Part shown: in pieces, positions 37,747 through 47,804 of the stretch
Numbering within the stretch: the stretch's first letter is position 1
How the letters are laid out: every line of letters begins with the position of its first letter
NCBI GenBank assembly: GCA_965250285.1
Contig: OZ252299.1
Location: 5,792,001 to 5,856,000 of the forward strand
Direction of reading: 5' to 3'
Length of the DNA stretch: 64,000 nucleotides
Origin: Myxococcota bacterium
Lineage (GTDB): Bacteria > Myxococcota_A > UBA9160 > UBA4427
Notes under the pieces: model-generated
What the model saw: the letters and a program-made list of their open reading frames with translations, nothing else
What the model was told of the DNA's origin: nothing
Databases searched by the model: none
Made by a program: the position numbers and the translations under genes

Positions 37747-38331
37747 CTAGAAGCGGTAGAGCACGCCCAGCGCGAACGAGCCGTACTCTTGGTAGAGCAG
37801 GTCGCCGACGCCGGCGACGTAGGTCGATTCGAGATTGAGCGCCCACTTCTCGGTCAGGTAGAAGTCGAGGCCTCCGCCCATCCGAAAGCTCCAGTCGGTC
37901 TGTCGATGGGCGCCTTCGCGCAGCATGGTTCGACCATTCGCACCGAGCACGAGGTACGGCTGCCAGCGGTTCTGGGTGAAGTAGTACTTGCCGTTCAGGC
38001 CGTACGTGAACGACTGGCTCGAGGTGCCGTCGAGCACGAACTGCTCGAAGGCGACCTCCCAGGCGAGCCGCGGCGTTTCGCGCGAGCCTACGCGCAGGAT
38101 GTAGCCGGCGCCGCCCGTCAGCTGGGTGTCATCTTCGATGCGGCGGTCGACGTCGACACCGCCCATGATGTGAACCATCGCGTAGACGCCCGGGCGCCCG
38201 TAATCGATCTCGTCTTCGTACTCTTCTTCTTCGTCGTCCTGCGCGAACGCGAGGCCCGGCACGACCAGAGCGAGAATCAGGCAGAAGATCGTTGTGGCGA
38301 TGAGACCGATCGGGCGCGTCGAACGATGCAT
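37747..38331 (-). CDS. Outer-membrane beta-barrel (OmpA-like transmembrane/porin family)
   Basis: Signal peptide ..AFAQ, amphipathic strands, RWQPYLVLG, GGGLDFYL, terminal YRF. Confidence 0.8.
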   Translation of the reverse strand: MHRSTRPIGLIATTIFCLILALVVPGLAFAQDDEEEEYEDEIDYGRPGVYAMVHIMGGVDVDRRIEDDTQLTGGAGYILRVGSRETPRLAWEVAFEQFVLDGTSSQSFTYGLNGKYYFTQNRWQPYLVLGANGRTMLREGAHRQTDWSFRMGGGLDFYLTEKWALNLESTYVAGVGDLLYQEYGSFALGVLYRF

Positions 38332-38565
38332 CGGGCGAGGAGTCCTTCCCTGGGGCGATTTCGTGGGTCCCCACTCTACGTGGAATCGACGGGGTTGAAA
38401 AGCAGCCAGAACCCGCCGAGAGGCGCCCCCGAGCCGGTTGACGTCGTCATCGAAGGGGCGGCATCGATCTGTTCCGCCGATCCGAGCGCGAGGGGTGGAC
38501 GGCACGCGTTCGGCCGGTCAGGCTCCAGGGCGAGGCGCCAAGGCCTTTCGCCGGAGGACACGAGG

Positions 38566-39144
38566 ATGAAGCGCGATCCCGAACTCGACCTGCAGCCCCG
38601 GATCGACCACCTGCTCGGACGGCGCCGTTTCATGGTCGGCGCCGCTGCTTCGCTCGCCGCGTTCGCGTGGCCGAGCGGTGCGTGGGCCGACGCGCACGGC
38701 GACGGCGCGCAGGCCGATTCGGGCGACACGGCACTCGAGCAGGCGCTCGCACGCAGCTACGTCGTCTACCTGAGCCCGCTCAAGAGCGATGGCAGCGAGA
38801 GCGTCTGTCACGGTGAGGTCTGGTACGTCACCGATGGGCGCGATGTTCTCGTCGTCACTTCTTCGGATCGCTGGCGCGCGGTCGCGATCGGCGAAGGGCT
38901 CGATCGCGCACGCCTCTGGGTCGGCGAACACGGCATTTGGAAGCGTGCGAACAAGGCGTGGGAGAAGGATCCGACCATCGACGCGACCGGCCGGATCGAT
39001 GGCGATGCGCAGGCGCACGCGCAGGCTCTGGCCGCGTTCGGTCAGAAGTACGCGCGCGAATGGGGCAAGTGGGGGCCGCGATTCCAGGCGGGACTGTCGT
39101 CGGGTGAGCGCGTGTTGATTCGCTACCAGCTCGACTCGGCCTAG
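38566..39144 (+). CDS. Tat-exported hypothetical protein, possible PPOX-like split barrel
   Basis: GRRRFM twin-arginine motif + AWA cleavage site; VYLSPL..GEVWY..LWVG pattern. Confidence 0.6.
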   Translation: MKRDPELDLQPRIDHLLGRRRFMVGAAASLAAFAWPSGAWADAHGDGAQADSGDTALEQALARSYVVYLSPLKSDGSESVCHGEVWYVTDGRDVLVVTSSDRWRAVAIGEGLDRARLWVGEHGIWKRANKAWEKDPTIDATGRIDGDAQAHAQALAAFGQKYAREWGKWGPRFQAGLSSGERVLIRYQLDSA

Positions 39145-39166
39145 ACGCGACCCGGCGCGGCCGCGA

Positions 39167-40405
39167 TCAGTCGGCGACGAACATCGACTCGTAGTCTTCG
39201 AACTCGGCGCGCAGCTCTTCGCGCGTCAGACCAAACTGCTCGGCGGTGTACTTGTGCCGGCCGCTCATCTTGCGCGCGCGCTTGGCCTCGCGGGCGAGGT
39301 GATCCTGGATCAGCCCCGGCATGTTCTCTTCGTCCCAGTCCATGCCGAAGTGATCGTAGATGCTGCGCAGCGTCCCTTCCGGGTCGTCGTTCAGGTCGTC
39401 GAGGCGCACGTCCATCAGCTGCTCGGAGGGCAGGGTGGGGCGCACCTTCATGGCGCGATCGAGCCCTTCGCGGCAGAACTCCTTGAAGAACGCGCCGTGG
39501 CGTTCTGGTGAGAAGTCGGCCGCCATCGGCCGGCTCATCACCGCCGAGAGCGAGCACACCGAGGGCACGGCCTTCACCGCCGTCCGGTGCGTATGGATGA
39601 TGCGCGCGTCGGGGAAGGCCTCGAGCAGGTCGTCGAGGAACCAGAGGTGGAAGGGGCACTTCATCACCCATTGCTGACCCGGGCGCTGGCTGTCGAGCAG
39701 CTGGTACTGCTGGCGCAGCTCGCGGTACACCGGGGCGAGATCTTCCTTCAGCAGCTCGCGGTAGTACTGGTAGCCGGTCAGGCCCATGATCTGCTGCAGG
39801 TTGACGGCCGAGTTCGCCATCAAGAAGAAGCACTCTTCGAGGTTCTCGGCGCGCAGCTCGTGCGCGTACTTCTGCTCGGGGCCGATGATGTCGGCCAGTC
39901 GGAACTTGGCCTGCAATCGGCCGAAGCGGCGACGGTAGTCACGCTTCGCGTCGGGTACCTCGACGGCCGGATAGCAGAGCTCCCAGCACTCGGGTGCGCG
40001 GTTGCGCGGATCGAGCGACAGCAGATTGTGCAGACTCGTCGTCGCGGTGCGGAACCAGCCGACGATGAAGATCGGCTTCACGATCGGCCGCTCTTCGATC
40101 GTCGGGTCCTTCTTGAGCGAGTCGACGACGCGGAGGCGGTTCATCAGGTGCCAGCGATGGAGGATGTGCGCCGACAGTCGACCGATCGGCGTGAGCCGTG
40201 CGCCCCCTTCGAGGCAGTCGATCGTGAGGTTCAGCCGTTCGAGGTAGCCGGGGTCACCGAGGTCGCTGAGACCGATGCGCTTGTCGGCGAGCTCGAGCAG
40301 CGCATCCACCGACAGGTCGCCCTGCTGAATGCGGGTCGCCCGCAGCGCACCATTGATGGTGCCGCGCGCGCCGAGCTCGAGCATGTGCTGAAAGGTGCCG
40401 GTCAC
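39167..40405 (-). CDS. Sulfotransferase (Sulfotransfer_3 type)
   Basis: PIFIVGWFRTATTSLH, WVMKCPFH, FPDARIIHTHR, HKYTAEQFGL. Confidence 0.9.
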   Translation of the reverse strand: MTGTFQHMLELGARGTINGALRATRIQQGDLSVDALLELADKRIGLSDLGDPGYLERLNLTIDCLEGGARLTPIGRLSAHILHRWHLMNRLRVVDSLKKDPTIEERPIVKPIFIVGWFRTATTSLHNLLSLDPRNRAPECWELCYPAVEVPDAKRDYRRRFGRLQAKFRLADIIGPEQKYAHELRAENLEECFFLMANSAVNLQQIMGLTGYQYYRELLKEDLAPVYRELRQQYQLLDSQRPGQQWVMKCPFHLWFLDDLLEAFPDARIIHTHRTAVKAVPSVCSLSAVMSRPMAADFSPERHGAFFKEFCREGLDRAMKVRPTLPSEQLMDVRLDDLNDDPEGTLRSIYDHFGMDWDEENMPGLIQDHLAREAKRARKMSGRHKYTAEQFGLTREELRAEFEDYESMFVAD

Positions 40406-40782
40406 GAAGATCGATGTCCTCTTGGCTCGCGGGTCGGATCACCTGGCCGCCCGTGGCTCGTTGCCGTCCGCGTCTCGAGTCGTTCGCTCTCGAGCGTCGC
40501 GGCCGCTTCGTTGATCGGCTCGACGGCGCCCGAACCGTTGTCCCCGAACGCATCGAATCAACGATGCACCGGCAAAGAGGGGGGCCCTGCCATCGACGCA
40601 GCCGGCGCGATCGTATCAGACGCGCTGCAGAGCCGAATCGGGTCGAAAACCCACCCCTTGGGGTCGATCCAACGCTCTGGTGATGGGATGCACTGACCCG
40701 GAGTCGGGTTCGAGACCCACGGGCGCTGCGCTCAGCGCTCGGTGTCGCATGGCTCAGGCGTGCAGCACGGCGCCCTGGTGCA

Positions 40783-41451
40783 TCACTTCGAAGCAGTCTT
40801 GTCCGACAGGGCGTCCACCGACTTGATCAAGCCCTCGATGCCGTCGCGCTCTAGGATGGCGGCATACTCCGACCGGCGCAGCGCCACCTCACTGACCTTG
40901 CCCTTGCCGTAGATGTCGATGATGAGCCACTGATCGCCGACCTTGCGCACGCGAAAGTCGAGTCGCACGGGATCCTTGCCAGGTCGCTCGACGCGCGACA
41001 TCACGATCAGCGTGCCGCGCGAGGCCGGGCGTTCGCCCTTGAGCACGAACTCCTGACCCGAGAAGGCGTCGAACTGATCGGCGAGCTTCGTCGTCGTGTA
41101 TCGGGTGAAGCTCTGGACCCAGCGCGCCTGCACCTCGGGCGTGAGCGCCTTCCAGGTTCGTCCAATGCTCGTGCGGGCCATGAAGGGCAGATCGAACGTG
41201 GCTTCGACGACGGGGGTGATTTCCCTCAACCGCCCGTCGAAGCCCAGCTCGTCGGCGCGCTTCATGACAGCGAGGAGGGTGTCTTCGAGCTTCACCACGG
41301 GCACACGCGCGGCGTCCTTCTCTTCGGCCGACAGGGCCTCGCCCTGCGGTGCCTGGGCTGATGCCGGGCCGACGACGAACACACTCATCACCCACAGTGC
41401 GCAGGCGAGGGTCAGCGAAACCTGGACGAACGACCGGGACTCGGCGGGCAT
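40783..41451 (-). CDS. MlaC/Ttg2D family lipid-binding protein (HpnM-like)
   Basis: FDLPFMAR.SIG..W, LDFRV, WLIIDIY..G.VSEVALRRSEY; divergent from hpnN. Confidence 0.85.
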   Translation of the reverse strand: MPAESRSFVQVSLTLACALWVMSVFVVGPASAQAPQGEALSAEEKDAARVPVVKLEDTLLAVMKRADELGFDGRLREITPVVEATFDLPFMARTSIGRTWKALTPEVQARWVQSFTRYTTTKLADQFDAFSGQEFVLKGERPASRGTLIVMSRVERPGKDPVRLDFRVRKVGDQWLIIDIYGKGKVSEVALRRSEYAAILERDGIEGLIKSVDALSDKTASK

Positions 41452-41651
41452 GGAACGCGGCGCGCCTGAAAGGACTCTGTGTGCAGAAATCATCGCGGCG
41501 CATCCTAGCAGCACGGGACCTCCCGAATGAGACCGAAATCGTTGCGGGGTCGGGCCGTTGTCCCGATTCGCGTCGACCGATTGCGTTAGCCTTGGCGAGC
41601 GCCCTGCAGGGCCTCACCCCCCTCGACATTCACGGAGCATAGGACGACGGC

Positions 41652-44294
41652 ATGGGGCCGCCTGGTTCGGAAGTGCGACCCAATTTCTTTCTGCGTGGGC
41701 TTGAGGCCGTCGCGAGCTGGACGGTGCGCAACCCTGCGCTGACGCTGGCCCTCGGGGTGCTGTGCGTCGTTGCGTCGAGTGTGTACTCGAGCGCGCACAT
41801 GAAGATGAACTCGGACCACAGCAAGCTGGTCCGTCAGGACGCACCCTTTCGACAAGCGTACGAGGACTACCTCGACGCGTTCCCCCAGTTCAAGGACATG
41901 AGCATCGTCGTCCTCGACGGTGAGTCGGTCGGCACGCTCGACGATGCGCAGGCTGCGCTCGCAGAAGCGATGCGTGGCCGGGAGGACGTCGCAGCCAGCG
42001 TATACGCACCGGGTTCGGGCGACTGGTACCAGGATCATGCGTTCCTGTATCTCGACGTCGACGAGCTCGAACGCGTGGCCGCGCGCCTCGCCGAAGCACA
42101 GCCGGCGCTGACCGCGTTGACGCTCGACCCGAGCCTGCGCGGCTTGCTCGACGAGCTGCACGCCGGCGTCGATCGCCTCGGTGAAGAGGGCGAGATCCCT
42201 TCGGGCTTCGACATCATGGCCGAGCGCGTCGCCACCGTGGCGACGTCGCTCAACGAAGGCAGCCCGCGCGAGATCTCCTGGTCCGACGAGCTCTTCGACC
42301 CGACCGGCCGCGTGTATCGACTCGTCATTCTGCAGAGCCGTCAGGATTTCGAAGAACAGGTCCCCGCCGAGCGGCTGATCGACGCGGTGCACGAAGAGGC
42401 CACGAAGCTCGGTCTCACACCCGAGAACGGCGTTCGCGTGCGCATGACCGGTTTCGTGCCGCTCGGTCACGGTGAGATGATCAGCGCGCGCGACGGGGTC
42501 TTTCTCTCGAGCATCATCGCCGTGCTGATGCTGCTCGTGATCCTCGGGTTCGGGTTGCGTTCGTTCCGCGTGATCCTCGCGACGTTGGCTGCCCTCGTGC
42601 TCAGCCTGACGATGACGACCGCCTGGGCGATGGCGACCGTCGGCGAGTTCAACGTCGTCTCCGCTGCGTTCGCCGTGTTGTTGATCGGGCTCGGCGTCGA
42701 CTTCGGTATCCACATTGGCCTCCGCTACGAAGAGGAGCTCGCGGCCGGCGCCGATGTGAAGGACGCACTGCGCGGTGCCGTCGCCCACACCGCCGCGCCG
42801 ATCTCGCTGTGTACGCTGACATCGGCGATCGGCTTCGCGTCGTTCATCCCGACCGAGTACAAGGGCCTCGCCGCGCTGGGCATCATCGCGGGGGGCGGCA
42901 TGTTCATGTCGCTCGTCTCGAGCTACACCGTGCTGCCCGCGGTGCTCGCGCTCACGAAGCCCAAGGCGTCGCGGCTCGAGCACGGGAGCGGCGTCTTTCA
43001 CGAGCTGAGCGGCTTCATCGAACGGCGATCGGGGCTGATCGTCGGCGTGACCGCGGTGCTCGCGGTGGCGGCCATCGGCCTGTCGACCCGCTCGGCCTTC
43101 GACTTCAGCACGCTCTCACTGAAAGATCCCGACAGCGAATCGATGCTCGCGCTGGCCGACCTCGAGGCCGAGCAGATCGTGACCGACTACTCGGTGACCG
43201 CCATCGCCGAGAACGCCGAGGCCGCCGAGGTCCTGGCTGACGAGCTGCTCGCGCTCGACGTCGTGGCGAGCGTGCAGCCGCCGAGCGAGCACGTCCCCGA
43301 CGACCAGGACGACAAGCTGGCCGTGCTCGAAGAGACGAGCTTCTTCCTCGAGCCGGTGCTGTACCCCGAGCCGTCGGTCGGGGCGCCGACCGACGCCGAG
43401 CGTCTCGCGTCGGTGCGTGGCCTCGTCGCCGCCGTCGATGCGCTCCCGGCCGACGTCGACCCTGGCGCCCGCGACGCCGCGCGCGCGCTGGCCGATTCGC
43501 TGCGCCCCCTGCTCGAAACGAACGACCCCGAGGCCCAGGCCGCGATCCTCGATCAACTCGTGATCGCCGATCTGCCCGACCGGCTCGAGTGGCTCAAGCG
43601 CGCGCTCGAGGTGGGGCCGGTCGAGTTCTCCGATCTCCCCACCGAGATGCAGGATCGCGTGATCGCCGAAGACGGCCGCGCGCTCGTCGTGGCCCTGCCC
43701 GAAGAGGACGTCAGCGACGTCGTCGCGCTCAAGCGCTTCGTCGATGCAGTGCAAGACGTCACGCCGACGGCGACGGGCCGGCCCGTCGTCGAAGCGGGCA
43801 TCGGGGACATCGTGTCGGGGTCGTTCCAGCTGGCGATCGGGATCGCGTTCGTCGCGATCCTCGTGATCCTGCTGGTGACGCTCCGCCGCCTCGACGATGC
43901 CCTCATCGTGCTCGCGCCCATCGTGCTGGCGGCGTTCTTCACGGTCGCGTTCGGTGTGCTGAGCGGCATGCGCTTCAACATGGCCAACGTCGTGGCGGTG
44001 CCGTTGATCCTCGGGCTCGGGATCGATAGCGGCATCCACGTCTTCATGCGCTACCGCGAGGACGGCAACCTCGGCCACGCGATCGAGTCGACGACGCCGC
44101 GGGCCGTCACCCTGTCGGCGTTGACGACGCTCGCGGCGTTCAGCTCGCTCTCGCTCTCGGCACACCGGGGCATGGCGAGCCTCGGGGTTCTGCTCTCGGT
44201 CTCGATCATCGCGCTGCTCTACTGCACGCTGATCGTGCTGCCCGCGATGGTCGAGCTGCGCGAGCACTGGCGGCGGCGCGGCGCGGGCGACTGA
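41652..44294 (+). CDS. hpnN: Hopanoid-associated RND/MMPL transporter, HpnN-like
   Basis: FLYLD, LAEAQP.L..L..DPSLRGL, LLIGLGVDFGIH, LSLKDPDSESM, LILGLGIDSGIH, SLSLSAHRGMASLG. Confidence 0.8.
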   Translation: MGPPGSEVRPNFFLRGLEAVASWTVRNPALTLALGVLCVVASSVYSSAHMKMNSDHSKLVRQDAPFRQAYEDYLDAFPQFKDMSIVVLDGESVGTLDDAQAALAEAMRGREDVAASVYAPGSGDWYQDHAFLYLDVDELERVAARLAEAQPALTALTLDPSLRGLLDELHAGVDRLGEEGEIPSGFDIMAERVATVATSLNEGSPREISWSDELFDPTGRVYRLVILQSRQDFEEQVPAERLIDAVHEEATKLGLTPENGVRVRMTGFVPLGHGEMISARDGVFLSSIIAVLMLLVILGFGLRSFRVILATLAALVLSLTMTTAWAMATVGEFNVVSAAFAVLLIGLGVDFGIHIGLRYEEELAAGADVKDALRGAVAHTAAPISLCTLTSAIGFASFIPTEYKGLAALGIIAGGGMFMSLVSSYTVLPAVLALTKPKASRLEHGSGVFHELSGFIERRSGLIVGVTAVLAVAAIGLSTRSAFDFSTLSLKDPDSESMLALADLEAEQIVTDYSVTAIAENAEAAEVLADELLALDVVASVQPPSEHVPDDQDDKLAVLEETSFFLEPVLYPEPSVGAPTDAERLASVRGLVAAVDALPADVDPGARDAARALADSLRPLLETNDPEAQAAILDQLVIADLPDRLEWLKRALEVGPVEFSDLPTEMQDRVIAEDGRALVVALPEEDVSDVVALKRFVDAVQDVTPTATGRPVVEAGIGDIVSGSFQLAIGIAFVAILVILLVTLRRLDDALIVLAPIVLAAFFTVAFGVLSGMRFNMANVVAVPLILGLGIDSGIHVFMRYREDGNLGHAIESTTPRAVTLSALTTLAAFSSLSLSAHRGMASLGVLLSVSIIALLYCTLIVLPAMVELREHWRRRGAGD

Positions 44295-44315
44295 GCGAAC
44301 CGACCGGCCTCGCGC

Positions 44316-45785
44316 TCAGTCTGCTCCGGCCCCGTGCCAGAACGCATGCGTACCGCTGCTGATGCGCTCGGGGAGTGAGATGCGCGCCACGGGCCCCGCC
44401 GAGACGTGGGCCGCATCGAGAATCAGGCACTCCGACCGGTCGTTCACCACATCCATCGTGTACGTGACGAGATAGCCGTCGTCTTCGGCAGACGAGCCGG
44501 GGCGTGGGGCCATGATCGTCTCGCTCGCGTACGTGCCCTCGGGCAGCACGACGACTTCTTCGTGGCCGGTCTCGTAGTCGTGCTTGATCACGCCCTCGAA
44601 GCCGAACCAGCCTTCGGCCGGCAGCGCGTTGTAGCTGTAGCGGTGCTTTCGGCCGCCATAGCGACCGTTGATCATGCCGAACTCCTGGATCCGCTCGGAG
44701 AGGTGCTCCTCCTTCGTCTCGCCCGTCTTCAGGTTGAAGCGCCAGCGGTGGGCCTTCGCGCGCATGGTGTGCAGGTCGAGGTAGCGGAAGATCGCCTCTT
44801 CGATCGAGGCGGCGCCCTCACGGTCGGGGGACGGATTCTCCTGGAAGAAGCCATCGAGGACGACCTCGTCGCCGTCTTCGTAGGCGTTCACCCAGTGCAG
44901 CACGAACGTCGGGTCGGCCTCGAACCAGCGGATGTCTTCGGGCTGACCGCGGCGCGGCAGGATCGCGAAGCGCGTCGGCATGTCGGGGAAGAAGGTCGTG
45001 ACGTACTTGTCGCGTTCGAGCAGCCCCGGCTCCCAGAACATCGGGCAGTCGTTCAGGATCGCGTAGTTCTCGGTGAAGGCCATGTCGTGGGGAAGGCGAG
45101 GCCCAGGCAGCGGCACGTCGATGTAGTGCGCGAGCTTGCCGTCCGGGTCGACGACGCCGTAGTGCATGTACGGTGCGTCGGTGCCGTAGTTGAAGAAGAG
45201 CATCTCACCCGTGTTCTCATCGACCTTCGGGTGCGCCGACACACCCTCCTTCGGAAACTTGCCGCCGAAGTCGGCCTTGCCCAGCGACTTCATCGTCACC
45301 GGATCGAATGCGTACAGATCGCCGCACAGCCAGAAGCTCGAGAGCGCCTGGCCGTTGTGCACGACCACGTCGGTGCTCGACGCATCTTTCATGTTCGGCC
45401 GAGCGCCGAGCGTGCACTCGCGTTTTGCGAGCTTCGGGTTCTCGGCGGTACCCGCGAACAGGTGCTCGCCGGCCTCGCGTTCGAGCACGAACCCGTCGGT
45501 GCGGACGAAGCGGTTGTGATACTGCGCCTCGCCGCCGCCGAACGTGATCGAGTGCAGCACGCCATCGCCGTCGAAGGGGTGGTACCGCGAGATCGGCGGC
45601 AGCAGCGGGTTCTCGGTGTTGCGCAGATACGTCCCTTCGAGATCGTCGGGGATCTCGCCCTCGACGACGTCGAGTTCGTACGCGTCGTACTCGGTGTGCT
45701 GCGGGCGCCACGCGCCGCTGCGGTAGGGGTGCTCGTCGCCTTCGGGCAGCTTGCTCTCGAATCGCTCGTGGATCTCGACCTTCAT
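44316..45785 (-). CDS. Carotenoid oxygenase (RPE65/lignostilbene dioxygenase) family protein
   Basis: YHPFDGDG, SAHPK, LPHDMAFT, VLHWVNAYE, EDDGYL, GTHAFW (four Fe-His). Confidence 0.93.
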   Translation of the reverse strand: MKVEIHERFESKLPEGDEHPYRSGAWRPQHTEYDAYELDVVEGEIPDDLEGTYLRNTENPLLPPISRYHPFDGDGVLHSITFGGGEAQYHNRFVRTDGFVLEREAGEHLFAGTAENPKLAKRECTLGARPNMKDASSTDVVVHNGQALSSFWLCGDLYAFDPVTMKSLGKADFGGKFPKEGVSAHPKVDENTGEMLFFNYGTDAPYMHYGVVDPDGKLAHYIDVPLPGPRLPHDMAFTENYAILNDCPMFWEPGLLERDKYVTTFFPDMPTRFAILPRRGQPEDIRWFEADPTFVLHWVNAYEDGDEVVLDGFFQENPSPDREGAASIEEAIFRYLDLHTMRAKAHRWRFNLKTGETKEEHLSERIQEFGMINGRYGGRKHRYSYNALPAEGWFGFEGVIKHDYETGHEEVVVLPEGTYASETIMAPRPGSSAEDDGYLVTYTMDVVNDRSECLILDAAHVSAGPVARISLPERISSGTHAFWHGAGAD

Positions 45786-45825
45786 CTCGGGTCTCCTGGC
45801 CGCGCCTGCGCGCGCCGAAAGAGGA

Positions 45826-47040
45826 TCAGCCGTGCTCGACGACGAACGACACCGTGGTCGCCGCCGAGCCGCCGATGTTGAGCGTCGCCATGCGGCGTGC
45901 GCCTTCGATCTGCATCTCGCCCGCGTCGCCGCGCACCTGGGCGGCGGCGTCGACGAGCATGCGAATGCCGGTCGCGCCGACAGGGTGACCGCCGCCCATC
46001 AGGCCGCCGCTCGCGTTGATGGGGATACGGCCATCGCGGGCGATGGCGCCCTCTTCGACGGCCTGCCAGCTCGCGCCCGGCGCGGTCACGCCGAAGTGAT
46101 CGATCGCCATGTACTCGCTCGGCGTCATGCAGTCGTGGGTCTCGATGCCGTCGAGATCGTCGACGCGGCCGATCCCCGCGCGCGACCAGGCGTCGGTGAT
46201 CGCCTCGCGCACGTGGGGCATGACGAACGCGTCGTCGCGGCTGCGCTCGAGCTTCGGCGCGATCGGCAGCCCGACCGTGCGGTGTCCCCAGCCTGCAATG
46301 CACGCCGACGCGTGCCCGCGGCCGTGCTCGGCCAGCCAGCGGTCGCTCACCAGCACGATCCCCGCGCCGCCATCGGTGATCTGGCAGCAGTCGTTTCGCC
46401 GAAGACGTCCTGCGACGACGGGGTTCGCCGCGTCGTCGGCCGAGAAGTGCTCGGGGGCCAGCTTCCAGTCGCGGGTCTGCGCGTGCGGGTTCTGCTTGGC
46501 GTTCTGGAGGTTGAGCTCACCGATCGCGCGCAGATGCGCGTCGTCGAGGCCGAAGCGGGCGTCGTACTCGGCGGCGACCTGCTCGAACATCGCCGGCCAG
46601 ACAGCCTCGGCGCCCTCGGTCTCGTGGCCGACCCACGCGGCCGCCGCCTGCACACCGGCGGCCTCGAGGCCGGGCATCGTCTTTTCCTGCTCGGCGCCGA
46701 GCACGAGCACGCAGTCGTACCGGCCGCACTCGATCTCGGCCATGGCCGTGAGCGTGGCGATCGAGCCCGAGGCGCAGGCGGCCTCGTGTCGCATCGATGG
46801 CGTGCCCCAAAGCTCGGGTACCACGGTGGCCGGCATCGCGCCCAGGTGCCCCTGGCCGGCGTAGAGCTGACCGAACGCGTTGCCGACATGGATGCTCTCG
46901 ATCTGCGCGGGCTCGACGCCGGCCGAGGTCAGCGTGCCTTCGACGACCTCGCGAATGAGCTCGGCGATGTCGTGGCCTTCGCGCGCGAAGACCCGCGCGA
47001 AATCGGTCTGGAAGCCTCCGAGGAGGTGCGTCGCGGTCAT
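45826..47040 (-). CDS. Thiolase-family acetyl-CoA acetyltransferase (SCP2-thiolase-like)
   Basis: EAACASGS, ETHDC, INASGGL.GGGHPVGATG, LNIGGS. Confidence 0.9.
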   Translation of the reverse strand: MTATHLLGGFQTDFARVFAREGHDIAELIREVVEGTLTSAGVEPAQIESIHVGNAFGQLYAGQGHLGAMPATVVPELWGTPSMRHEAACASGSIATLTAMAEIECGRYDCVLVLGAEQEKTMPGLEAAGVQAAAAWVGHETEGAEAVWPAMFEQVAAEYDARFGLDDAHLRAIGELNLQNAKQNPHAQTRDWKLAPEHFSADDAANPVVAGRLRRNDCCQITDGGAGIVLVSDRWLAEHGRGHASACIAGWGHRTVGLPIAPKLERSRDDAFVMPHVREAITDAWSRAGIGRVDDLDGIETHDCMTPSEYMAIDHFGVTAPGASWQAVEEGAIARDGRIPINASGGLMGGGHPVGATGIRMLVDAAAQVRGDAGEMQIEGARRMATLNIGGSAATTVSFVVEHG

Positions 47041-47699
47041 CGGCTCGCTCCTTCTTCTGTTCGCGTGGCTTCGGGCTCGAGGTGGCGGACGACCTGCCGG
47101 CTCAGCTCTCGGTGGAGTGCACCGCCCGGCTCGAGGCGCAACACGCCGGGATGATTGAGCCCCTGGTTCTGGATCATCAGCGCCTGCGCCATGGCGCGGG
47201 GATCGTCTGCGCGCACCGCCTGCGCCCGCTGTGCGAGCGAGACGAAGCGCACGTAGTGATCGAGCGCGGCGTCCTCGTGCTCGCGATAGATGCGGCGGAG
47301 CGTGTCCGAAGCGGCGAAGCCCGCCTGGGCCGCGCGGAACGTGGCGCTGTTGGTGCGAAAGAACGCGACGCACGCGAGCACCCAATCGTGCGCAAAGCGC
47401 TCGAGTCCCGCGTCGAGCAGCTGCTCGATGCGCAGCCGCGATTCGACCAGTGCGACGAGGTCGTCCATCACGGCGGCGAAGCCCGCGGCGAGCGCGATGT
47501 CCTTGTTTGCGAAGTGGTTGTAGAACGTGGCGGGGGAGGTCTCGGCGCGGCGGGCCACCTGCTCGGCCGTGAACCCGCCCTCCTGCTCGATCTCGGCACG
47601 CACGGCGTCGACGAGCCGAAGTCGCGTGCGTTCGAGCTTCGTCAGTCGCGGCGCGCGCGATCCCTGGGCAGCGCGAGTCGGAATTGATCCTGCGGTCAT
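47037..47699 (-). CDS. TetR/AcrR family transcriptional regulator
   Basis: VARRAETSPATFYNHFANK HTH; stop overlaps the thiolase start (ATGA). Confidence 0.9.
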   Translation of the reverse strand: MTAGSIPTRAAQGSRAPRLTKLERTRLRLVDAVRAEIEQEGGFTAEQVARRAETSPATFYNHFANKDIALAAGFAAVMDDLVALVESRLRIEQLLDAGLERFAHDWVLACVAFFRTNSATFRAAQAGFAASDTLRRIYREHEDAALDHYVRFVSLAQRAQAVRADDPRAMAQALMIQNQGLNHPGVLRLEPGGALHRELSRQVVRHLEPEATRTEEGASR

Positions 47700-47700
47700 G

Positions 47701-47723
47701 GAATTGGAGTTTAACTCCAATTC
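47701..47723. promoter_or_regulatory. Candidate TetR autoregulatory operator
   Basis: Perfect 23-bp palindrome GAATTGGAGTT-T-AACTCCAATTC, 1 bp upstream of the tetR ATG. Confidence 0.8.
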
Positions 47724-47804
47724 TGATCTTCAGAAAAGCCGCTAGCCTTTCGCCCGCGGGGAAAATGGACCGAATCGCGCATCACGCCCGACGCGAACGC
47801 GTTC

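Noticed and set aside
45782..45829. Third bridging mini-ORF (15 aa) between thiolase and carotenoid oxygenase
   Set aside because: Needs a CTG start, and the oxygenase has its own AGGAG RBS; shows the geometry can arise by chance
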